Origin: Raja brachyura
Taxonomy: Eukaryota
Reading direction: 5' to 3'
Length of the DNA stretch: 64,000 nt
Assembly (NCBI GenBank): GCA_963514005.1
Contig: OY740786.1
Span: 68,262,001-68,326,000 of the forward strand
Shown here: piece by piece, positions 49,521 through 60,620 of the stretch
Layout: each line of letters begins with the position of its first letter
How positions within the stretch are numbered: position 1 is the stretch's first letter
Made by a program: the position numbers and the translations under genes
Notes under the pieces: model-generated
Told to the model about the DNA's origin: nothing
Database searches by the model: none
What the model saw: only the letters and a program-made list of their open reading frames with translations

Positions 49521-52500
49521 AATTATTGCTATTTAAAAGGGACCTGACCTTACCCAGGTCGCTGATGGGGAGTCTGAGGTGCCCGTATTATTTTGGATAC
49601 TTTATAATAGCTCCCACCTCCCATGCTGCCAATTTCCTCAGACTTCATCCTCTCGCCTTTGATATCCACCACTCCCCCTACTGCTGATCATTTTCTGAAT
49701 TGATCCTTACCTTCTAAGTGTTTAGCTTCCTTCCTCCCACAATCATCTCACTCCTGTTGTATTTCCATTCAGCAAACACCCATTTCTTCACCCAAATCAA
49801 GTGAGAGCTTTCAGCTATCTGAAAGAAGATCATCAGGATGGTCTCATGGTGAGGGAACTAGCCAACCAAGAAGGACAGGTATAAATCAATACAACCCACT
49901 CTCCACCCAGCCCTAAATCAATTGGCCAACTGATTTCCATGGTGAGCTCGCCACTCGCCTTCATGTAAGCTCATGGAGGCAAAGCCTTTTGTGAGCCTCC
50001 TCATAGTTTAGTTTGGAGATAGAGCATGTAAACAGGCCCTCTGGGTCCATGCTGACCAACAATCTCCCATGCACTAGTAATATTCTACACACTAGGGACA
50101 ATTTACAGATGCCAATTAACCTACAAACCCGCACGTCTTTGGAATGTGGGAGGAAACCGGGCACTCAGAGGAAGTCCACATGGTCACAGAGAGAAGGTAC
50201 AAACTCCACACAGAGAGCACCCAAGGTCAAGATCGAACCAGGGTCTCTGGTACTGTAGCCTACTGTGCTACCCCAAACATGAGCTATTCTATTGTTCATG
50301 ATGTTTCATGGCCTCTGCGCAATAGATCCTCAGTGCTGCCTTGTACAAAATGGATGCAGGCTCCTTATGTATTGCTGCTTTAGCTCATTGACTACAAACG
50401 TTCCAAAGCTGGATATTAAAACCATTCTATATCACTGGTTAGGTGTCATCTGGAACAGTGCTGGCCACTGCAAGGATGGAACATGGCCTGATAAAGTTGA
50501 CCAGAATGATACAAGGGATGAGGAGCTTTAGCAATGTGGGAAAGGCTGTTGTCCTTGGAGCAAAAGGAGAACTTCTTTGATGCACTGCCTGAACCTTGGC
50601 GGTAATCAAAAATCGAATGAGATGCATACTTGAAATGGGTACTTTCTCATGTCTTTCAGGAGGGCAGGGAAGTGGAACTGAAATAAAAACAGAAAATGTT
50701 GTAAATACTCAGAAGGGAAACAGAGTCAATTCTTTCTGGTCATTTATCCTTTGTCAGAATTGGGAAGTGGAATTAATTGCAAAGTGCTTTCAAAAGACGT
50801 TATAGTTGGATTAATAATCTCCCTCTGGATATATGATTCCAAGTCCCTGATATATTTGTTAAAATGGGATGGATATAAACTAAACAATTTCAAAGCTGCC
50901 GCAATGAGGAAGACCTCACAGAGTAGAGACGGGGATGATGGAGATTTTTGCATATCTTTCATTCATTTGTTCTATATCTTTCTATATCACCGTCTATATA
51001 TCTTGTTTCCCTTTCCCCCGACTCTCAGTCTGAAGAAGGGTCTCGACCAGAAACGTTACCTACTTCTTTTCCCCAGAGAAGCTGCCGGACTCGCTGAGTT
51101 ACTACAGGTTTTTGTGTCTATCCTTCAAGCAAGTGGGTTGTATTGGGCAAATACTACGTCACAATCAGAGGAGATTCATAAAGAAAACATCTCACATTAG
51201 CTTTATACACACATATGAAGTCCTTTCTCTTCACCAACAGACGTCAACAACTTTATGTAATTAGCTGTAACTACAAACTGAACCACTGAAAGTGGCTGTC
51301 AAAGTCACTATGACCATCCAGAGGCCCCCTTTCAGCTTGCATTAGGTAACATCAGCCACATCCCACAACACTCAGACATATCCAAGATCAAAGCTCTCCT
51401 CCCAAGGAGAAACATCCACATCTTTCTCCATGAATAGTGCAAAGCAAGATGAGAGAGTACAAAGTTTCACCGCCAAACCTTTACATGGTCCGGATTATCA
51501 GGACCATGCTATCTATATCCATCTGAAAAGAATTCCACTCCTCCACCCCAACCTGAAACATCATCTATCCATGTTCTCCAGGGATGCTGTGTTACTCCAG
51601 CACTATAATATATACAATGATATTCAGTATGCACTTGGTGCTGCAGGCCAAAGATGAATTTCTTCCCCTTTCCATTTTTAAACATTCCGTACGGCTATTT
51701 AATAACTTTCTCTATCATCGGCAAAGACCTGTGGAGATAAAGCTCAACACTTCCTATTCTTTCAACCCGATAACATTGTACCAACTAATTTATTTTACTT
51801 ACTAATTCTTTCTACAAAAATGAATAATTTCATATGCGTAGAAAGGAACTGCAGATGCTTGTTTATACTGAAGATAGACACAAAGTGTTGGAGTAACTCA
51901 GCGGGTCAGGTAGCATCTCTGGAGAAAAAGGATTAGCATCTATCGGAATCATTTCATACTTTGTTTTAAATTTGAACTGCACGTTTCACCCTTTTTTATA
52001 TAATTCTACAACTTCTTGAGTTATTTCGCATTTCCAAGTTTCATAAAACGTAACTAAATGGTAGTAAAAATAGAAGGTACTAAAATTAAAAGAGAACTGG
52101 TCACAAATGAACATGCATCCAGTTATAGCCAGGAATGAGTAGGTTAACATATGATGAGGGTTTGACGGCACTGGGCCTGTACTTGCTAGAGTTTAGAAGA
52201 ATGAGGGGGGACCTCATTGAAACGTACAGAATAGTGAAAGGCTTGGATAGATGTTTAATAGTTAGCACAGACAATGGGCTGAATAACCTTTTTCCGTGCT
52301 GTATTATTATCTGGCCGTATGGTTGTATATTTACTGCAATAGCAGTTGCCATGATCATGGCATCTCCATGCTTTATATAAGAAGGGGTCGGAAGATAATT
52401 TCTTCCTGCTAGTTCTTCCTTGAATGGAGTTATGTGCCAGTACCTCCTGCAAGAAAGGCGTGGGGTAGTGGGATCCTTGCAAAATGGTTGGATAAAACAG

Positions 52501-52786
52501 CTGTCAATACAGAATAGCTGATTATCCATGTTTGAGATGGAAGCGTTCTACGTTATGAAGAGGAGATGTAATGAATTATGGAACAGAGATTGCTGGATTA
52601 GGAGCGGAACCGAGAAAGGAAAAGTTGGCGATAGCCGTCATTGAGAATGGATGTGGTTCATCACTGTGCAGCTGGTTTGAGAGCTATTTTTTCACCTTAA
52701 TGACTGGTAAGATTTCTCATGGTCTTACAACCATGTTCCGGGCAGTGTAATGTTTAGTCGCTTCTTTGCACTACAGGTGAAACTAA

Positions 52787-53088
52787 AGGGCCTGTCCAAC
52801 TTGGCCATCATTTGCGCGTCACGAAGATGGCGCGCAAAGATTTTGTACATCACAAAATACATTTACGCGTCAGGACGCACATGATGCGCGCATGGTGCGC
52901 ATTACGCGCGCATGGTGCGTGGTGACAGGCAGTGACGCGCGGTCGCGCGTGGCGTGCAACCGCGTGTCACTGCCTGTCACCACGCACCATGTCCGCGTAA
53001 TGCGCACCTGCGCACATCATGTGCGTCTTGACACGTAAATGATGTCGGGTAAATTACGCGCAAATGACGGCCAAGCGGGACAGGCCCT
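52787..53088. mobile_element. PIF/Harbinger-type (Tourist-like) fold-back MITE
   Basis: TIRs AGGGCCTGTCC..CTTGGCC.TCATTTGCGCGT, TAA TSD (52784-52786 and 53089-53091), almost entirely self-complementary. Confidence 0.85.
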
Positions 53089-53245
53089 TAATGCTAAGTG
53101 GACTTGGTCTAATGAGGGGAGGAGGCTGTTTCAATGCATCTGCACAGCCATATCAGGGACTTCCCAAGTGTCCTGGTGCCTGCTTCACTACCTCCTTCTT
53201 AGGCTGTTTCTTCGGTGCAAGTTCATCCTGACACTGCGCTTCACC

Positions 53246-53403
53246 TGTAAATTATATGGACTTGAAGCTTGTATTAATTCTACCATTCGGTGATTTACGC
53301 AACTTAAGGTTTGGACTGATGGCAGATGCCTTCTGTCTAAACCTTAGTTGTGTAAATCACTGAATGGTAGAGCTATTACGTGCTGCAAGTCCATATAATT
53401 ACA
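53246..53403. repeat. 158-bp imperfect palindrome/hairpin of unknown origin
   Basis: ~77-nt arms TGTAAATTATATGGACTTG...GGCA / TGCC...CAAGTCCATATAATTACA with a minimal loop. Confidence 0.85.
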
Positions 53404-54214
53404 ATCAAGAGCCAGCTTGCAAATTGCCCGCTGCGTGAGTTAGCATCAGCTGACGTGTGAAGTACATGACTCAGCTGCTGAAATACGGGCCTGGCTTCAA
53501 CTGGATTTTAGGTTGGAGTTTCTTCCAGAAGCAAAAGACAGTGAATCCGTATGGTCAAGTCACAGCAAGGTAGATGTTTTCATTCCATTAGTATGTGATG
53601 ATTATTTTAACCAGCAATGTGCAAACTTGAGAAGGCTACATAGCAGGCATAGCAAATATATCAGCACACAATGACAGGTGTCAGCATGGACATGTGCAAG
53701 AAGCAGAGTGCTGGATTCGATTCAAAGTCAAAGGAACTAGAAGTAAGAGTTTGCAACTGCAAACACTTTATTTGTCCCTTGAAAAAATATAATTTCAGCT
53801 AAGTGGTATAAAAATCAAGGTTTTCCACAAATCTAGAGACACATATCCACTTGAACCCATTAATCACTTGTGGGTGGCACAGTGGCACAAAGTTAGCGAT
53901 GTTGCCTTACAGCACCAGAAACCGGGGTTCAATCCTGACTATAGGTTCTGTCCGTACGGAGTTTATATGTTCTCCCTGTGACAGCGTGGGTTTTCTCTGT
54001 GTGCTCCAGTTTCCTCCCGAATTCCAAAGGTGTTAAGGTTTGTAGGTTAGTTGGCTTCTATAAATTGTTCCTAGGGTGTAGGGTAGAACTAGTGCATGGG
54101 TGATTTTTGGTTAGCGCAAACTTGGTGGGCTGAAGGGCTTGTTTCCACACTGTATCTCTAAAATAAAATAAACTAAATCAGGTGCTTGATATTTCATCAA
54201 ATAATTGACAGGAC

Positions 54215-56530
54215 CATAATGTAAACCTCTCTCAATTAAGCATTTTCTGTACTCCATTAAACATTCCTCGGCCCACTTGCCCAGCTGATGAAGATCATGT
54301 TGCAATTCTTGATAACCATCTTCACTGTCTCATACCACCTATTTTTGTGTAATCTGCAAATGTATTAATCATGCCTTGTGCAATCTTATCCAAATTGTTG
54401 ACATAGATGACATACAAAATGGGCCCAACACCAATCCCTGAGGCACACCACTAGACACAGGACACCAGAATGAAAAATGACTTTTGACACCATCCTCTGC
54501 TTTCTATGATGAAGACAATTTTGTATCCAGTTAGCTAGCTTTACCTGGATCCCAAGTGATCTTACTTCCAGATCAACCTACTGTGTGAATCCTTACCAAA
54601 GGCCTTACTAAAGTCCATATAGACTACATGTACCACCCTAACTTAATTAACCTTCTTGGTTACTTCTTCAACCAGTTTGTAAGACATGATCTCCCATAAA
54701 CAAAACCATACTGATTATCCCTAATCAACCCGTCTGACCAATGCACGTACATCCTATCCTTCAGAATCCTTTTCAGTAACTTTCCTAGCACAGATATCTA
54801 CCTTTCTTCTATACCTTTCCATAATGTCCTTGGATATATCTGATCAGGCCTGGGAAATTGATCTAACTTCATATGTCTTAAAACATCTATTACCTCCTGG
54901 ACTGTCTTACAGATTATTTTCAAGACAGCCCCATTAACTGTCCAAGTCCCCTCAGCTTTATTTCTTTCTAAATGGAACAAGAACATGCATACTTTGAACT
55001 TTTACTATCATCCTTTAAAAAGCACTCCACTCTTTGGCTGTTCCTTTGCCCACAAACAATCTATCCCAATCGACCATTGCATGTTCCTGTCTAATACTAT
55101 TAAAGTTGGCCTTGCCCCAATTTTTAACTTTTACTTATGGACCAGCCCTGTCCTTATCCATTACTATTTCGCAACTAATAGAACTGAGCTCGCAGGTCCC
55201 AAGAGGCTCACCGATTAACATTTCAGCCACTTACCCTAAAAGTAGGCCCTCTCCGTTGTAAGGTGCTCTACATATTGCCTGAGGAAACCTTCCTGAACAC
55301 ACTTGATAAATTCCACCCCATTAAGCTCTTGGCACCGTGGCAGACTCAGTCTATATTGGGAAAGTTAAAATCCCCAACTCTGTCAACCTTATTAGTCTTG
55401 CAGCTGTCTGCAACCTCCCAGCATATATGTTCCCCTAATTCCAATTGACTATTTGTGGGCCTATCGTACAATCCCAATAAGGTGATCATCCCCTTTTTAT
55501 TTTTCATCTCCACTCATATAACCTCACAGAATGATATTTGAGTAATGCCATCTCGGACTACTGCCAAGATGTTTTCCTTAATCAATAAAGCAAGTTCTCC
55601 CTCCTCTATTAACCCCCACCGCTATCTCCACCTTGCCTATAGCTCCTGTACCTTGGAACATTAGCTGCCATAGTTTCTCATATAATTTTATAAACTTCTG
55701 TCACAGCTCCCTTCAGTCTATAGAGCTCCAGAAACAACAATCCAAGTTTGTTCAATCTCTTCTTCTAGTTAATACACTCTGATCCAGGCAGCATCGTGGT
55801 AAACTTTTTTGCACTCTCTCCAAAGCCTCCACAGCATTCCTGTAAAGGAGCAACCAGAACTGCACACAATACACCAAATGCAGCTTTACCAAAGTTTTGT
55901 AAAGTGGCAACAATATTTGCTGATTCTTATGCTCAAATGCCCTGGCCCAGTAAGGCAAGTATGTCACACGCCTTCTTACTCACTCTTATGTATCTTGTGT
56001 TGCTACTTTCAGGGAGTTATGGACATGGACCCCAAGATCCCTCTGCCCACCAATGCTGTTGGGGGTCCTGCCATTAACTGTATACTTTCCCCTTACTTTT
56101 GACCTCCCAAAGTTCAACACCTCACACTTGTGACATCTACCATTTCATCCATATCCATAATTGATCTATATCTTGCAGTATCCTTTGAAAGACTTCATTG
56201 TCTGCAACTCGACTAATCTTGGTGTCATCTGCAAACATACCAACTAACCCACCTGCATCTAAGTCATTTATTGAAATATCACAAACAACAGGGGTTCCAG
56301 CAATGATCTTTGTTGAACACTACTACACAGCACACAGATCTCCACAAAATAATCCCCTTCCAATACCCTCTGCCTATGCAAAGCAGTACTTAATCTTCTA
56401 TTGAGATCCAAGCATCTTAATCTTCTGAGTCAGCCTACCACAAGGGACCTTTACTAAAGTCCATGTAGACAATATCCATTGCCCTATCTTAATCAATTAT
56501 ACTCTTCACACTCTCAAAAAATGCAATTGA
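54215..56530 (-). repeat. Degraded CR1 LINE fragments (at least two copies)
   Basis: LYKTLVKLHLVYCVQFW...ALERVQ, KLDQFPRPDQIYPRTLW, DLHQLGKWAEE; duplicated TTACTAAAGTCCAT motif. Confidence 0.75.
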
Positions 56531-57057
56531 GTTTGTAAGACTTGAATTTACTCTTGAACTTCTGCAGCTGTCTGGCTGAGAGCAGCCTTGTTCGGCAACT
56601 TAAATGTCCAGGAATCAAGAAGATTACAAAAAGTGGTGGACATCACCCGGTCCCTCATTGCACTCCTACCATTGGGAGTAAGGTATATGAGTCTAAAAAA
56701 CACAACCACCAGGTTCAAGAATAGCTTCTTCCCAACAACAATCAGTCTTTTGAAAACTACAGAATACTAACCTCAATTATGAACTATGGACTGGCTGTCT
56801 TTGGTTGCACTAAGACATCTGGCTTTTTTGCACTAGTATTGGGATTATTAATTCATTGAATTGTCTCGACCCGAAATGTCACCCATTCCTTCTCTCCAGA
56901 GTTGCTGCCTGTCCCGCTGAGTTACTCCAGCATTTTGTGTTTATCTATTTGTATAGTGTTTGCAGGCTGTTATGCTGCTCCAAGTAAGAATTTAATTGTT
57001 TTGTTTATGACAATTAAACACTCATGACTTGACTCTTGACATGACCTGCCCCACGTA

Positions 57058-58697
57058 TAGTACCTGCCATAATGTTTGGGACAAAGACCCATCATTTATT
57101 TATTTGCCTCTGTACTCCACAATTTGAGATTTGTAATAGAAAAAAACCACATGTGCTTAAAGTGCACATTGTCAGATTTTAATAAAGGCCATTTTTATAC
57201 ATTTTAGTTTCACCATGTAGAAATTGCAGCTGTGTTTATACATAGTCCCCCCATTTCAGGACACCATAATGTTGGGGACACATGGCTTCACAGGCGTTTG
57301 TAATTGCTCAGGTGTGTTTAATTGCCTCCTTAATGCAGGTATAAGAGAGCTCTCAACACCCAGTCTTTCCATCACCTGTGGAAACTTTTATTGCTGTTTA
57401 TCAACATGAGGATCAAAGTTGTGCCAATGAAAGTCAAAGAAGCTGTTATGAGACTGGGAAACAAGAATAAAACTGTTGGAGACATCAGCCAAACCTTAGG
57501 CTTACCAAAATCAACTGTTTGGAACATCATTAAGAAGAAAGAGAGCACTGGGGACCTTACTAATCGCAGATGGACTGGCAGGCCAAGGAAGATCTCCACA
57601 GCCAATAACAGAAGAATTCTCTCTTTTATAAAGAAAACTCCCTCAAACACCTGTCCGACAGATCAGAAGCACTCTTCAGGAGTCAGGTGTGGATTTGACA
57701 ATGACCACTGTCCACAGACGACTACATACACAGAAATACAGAGGCTACACTGCAAGATGCAAACCACTGGTTAGCCGCAAAAATAGGATGGCCAGGTTAC
57801 AGTTTGCTAAAAAGAACTTAACAGGGCAACCACAGTTCTGGAACAAGATCTCGTGGACAGAAGAGACGAAGATTAACTTCTATCAGAGTGATGGCAAGAA
57901 CAAAGTATGGAGGAGAGAGGGAACTGCCCAAGATCCAAAGCATACCACCTCATCTTTGAAACACGGTGGTGGAGGTGTTATGGCCTGGGCATGTATGACT
58001 GCTGAAGGTACTGGCTCACTTATCTTCATTGATGACACAACTGCTGATGGTTGTAACATAATGAATTCTGAAGCGTATAGACACATCCTATCTGCTCAAG
58101 TTCTAACAAATGCCCCAAAACCCATTGACCGGTGGTTCATTCTACAGCAAGACAATTATCCAAAACATACTGCTGAAGCAACAAAAGAGTTTTTCAAAGC
58201 TAAAAAATTGTCAATTCTTGAGTGGTCAAGTATATCACCCAATCTGAACACAATTGAGCATACCTTTTGTATGCTGAAGAGAAAACTGTAAGGGATTGGC
58301 CCACAAAACAAGCATAAGCTAAAGATGGCTGCAGTACAGGCCTGGCAGAGCATCGCCAGAGAAGACACCCAGCAACTGGTGATGTCCATGAATTGCAGAC
58401 TTCACGCAGTCATTGCATGCAAAGGATATGCAACAAAATACTAAACATGACTACTTTCATTTACATGACATTGCTGTGTCCCAAACATTATGGTGCCCTG
58501 AAATGGGGAGACTATGTATAAACACTGCTGTAATTTCTACATGGTGAAATCAAAATGTATAAAAAGGCCTTTATTAAAATCTGACAATGTGCACTTTAAC
58601 CACATGTGATTTATTCTATTACAAATCTCAAATTGTAGAGTACAGATGCAAATAAAGAAATAATGGGTCTTTGTCCCAAACATTATGGTGGGCACTG
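57058..58697 (+). mobile_element. Tc1-family DNA transposon, full length (1.64 kb), with long IR/DR TIRs
   Basis: TA flanks; ~220-bp TIRs (CAGTGCCCACCATAATGTTTGGGACAAAGACCC, intact at the right end); inner direct repeat CCATAATGTT.GGGACA at about 57265 and 58475-58492. Confidence 0.95.
57406..58444 (+). pseudogene. Tc1 transposase, frameshifted with a damaged catalytic triad
   Basis: HTH and GRPRK in 57391-57774; WTEETK (D to E), KHGGGGVMAW, QQDNYPKH and SPNLNTIEH in 57689-58291. Confidence 0.9.
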
Positions 58698-59590
58698 TAA
58701 AATCATAGATAGACACAAAATGATGGAGTAACTCAGCGGAACAGGCAGCATCTCTGGTATGGGCGACGTTTCGGGTCTAGACCTTTCTTCAGATATAAAA
58801 TCTTTGGTTTTAACCAGCATCTGCAGTTCCTTCCTTCACATAAAATCATGTTGACTGCCCCATTTTAGTCCATTCTCTTCCAAATGTGAGTAAATCTTAT
58901 CGCTAAGAATCCTCTCCGATAGCTTCCCGACCATGGATGCTCTGTAATTTTCTGAGTTATCCACATTTCCTTTCACGCGGTAGCCATGCTGCACACAAAA
59001 TCTTCCAAAAATATATATTTTTATTGAATAGTGCTGTAAAACATGCTCTGGAGCCACAATCTGAAATTACCCTACTTCAATTTGACCTAGTGCAGGACAT
59101 AAAATTGGAACCCCCATCTTTTTATCACCCAAACAATAGCAGCCTTGCTACTGAAGGCTTATCATGCATCCAGGAGGTCCAAATTTGTGTGCAGCTATCA
59201 CCATTTCTAGTAGGTGAAACCAAGTGGTGTCTATAGCGCTATCAACATTTATGGATCAAATCATGAGGCAGTGTTTGTTGACCGAGGTCTCAGCTTCTAT
59301 TGCAGCGCAAGTAAAATATATTCAAATGGTGCAGTGGAGGTCCAGACATTTGCTTTGTGAAATCAGCTTTGTTCTATTAAAGCTCAGACTGCTGAGATCA
59401 CAAATCTATACCACTGCACAAAACAAGCATTGTGGATATCACAGCAATCCACCTGTCTCTGGTATAGCTAGGGAACAACCAGGTGACTGGTAATTTATTT
59501 GTGGAACACACATCCAACATCCTTTCTTGGTTGTCATCATTTATAATTCCACCAGTGTCCACGCATGTAAGTGCCTATCAACTAGTCCCA

Positions 59591-59705
59591 GGGGTGGTCT
59601 GCCCTGTTTCGACTAATGCAATCAACTCGACGTGCACAAATGGAAGATCAAATAGAACAAGTTGTCCAACAACTTTAGGCTGTGCACGCCACACGAAAGA
59701 AGAAG
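59591..59705 (+). mobile_element. Short retroposon with (AAG)n tail and 11-bp TSD
   Basis: TSD AACTAGTCCCA at 59580-59590 and 59706-59716; homologous to 7226-7365. Confidence 0.8.
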
Positions 59706-60525
59706 AACTAGTCCCACTTGTGACAAGGCGGTGCAGTCTGACCTAAATCTTCGAGCTTAAGAGCAGCTCATGGTTGACCTCACTTTCTGCCTCCCCAACT
59801 TCAAGAAAGTCACATTTCACCTCCTCTACTGTAGCAAATGCAAGAGTATCGAGTAGAATGTTGCAGGTGAAAGCAAAGGCAGGCATACTCTAGATATACA
59901 TCATTTGCAAAGACTAAATGGTCAGTGATTGTTTGCTATTGATCTTGTTAGGATGCATAAAAATGATTGAAAGCGCGATGATTTGGTTAGGTCTAGTTTA
60001 CATTAGTATGAAATGAAATACAACGAAAGTAAACTAGGAAATGCAGTGGAATGGGGAATTTACAAAATATCTCATTCATGGGGTGAGGTGCTCTATCTGG
60101 CCAGCATTTCATGAGGGTTCCTCATTGCCCTTGAGAAGTTGATGCAGTGTTGTCATCTTAAACCACTGGGCGACACTGTGGTGCAGCAAAAGAGCTGCTG
60201 CCTCACAGCGCCAATGTCCCGGGTTCGATCCTGACAATGGGTGCTGTCTGTGTGTAATTTGCATATTCATCCTGTGACCACGTGGGTTTCCTCCAAGTGT
60301 TCCGGTTTCCTCCCACATCCCAAAGACATGCAGATTTGTAGGTTAATTGGCCCTCTGGACTCGAGGGGCTGAAGGGCTGTTTCCATGCTGTATCTTTGAA
60401 CTAATTATAATATTGAACAAATCAAGACTTACCTATCGGATTTGAACATTAACAATATTATCCCACGGTTGCAGAGTATTTGAATGACATTTACTGCATA
60501 ATGCCTGAGGTTATTCTTCCCAGAT

Positions 60526-60620
60526 CAGTCTGAAGAAGGGTCTCGACCCGAAACATCACCTATTCCTTCGCTCCATAGATGCTGCCTCACCCGCTGAGTT
60601 TCTCCAGCATTTTTGTCTAC
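60526..60620 (+). mobile_element. Penelope-derived repeat with a hammerhead-like core; other copies near 27185(-), 29226(+), 30349(-), 39708(-), 41253(-), 46872(+), 47010(-), 47088(+), 51027(+), 56863(+) and 58761(-)
   Basis: CAGT-CTGAAGA-A-GGGTCTCGACCC-GAAA-CATC-ACC followed by the shared AGATGCTGCCT..CC.GCTGAGTT.CTCCAGCATTTT tail. Confidence 0.8.
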
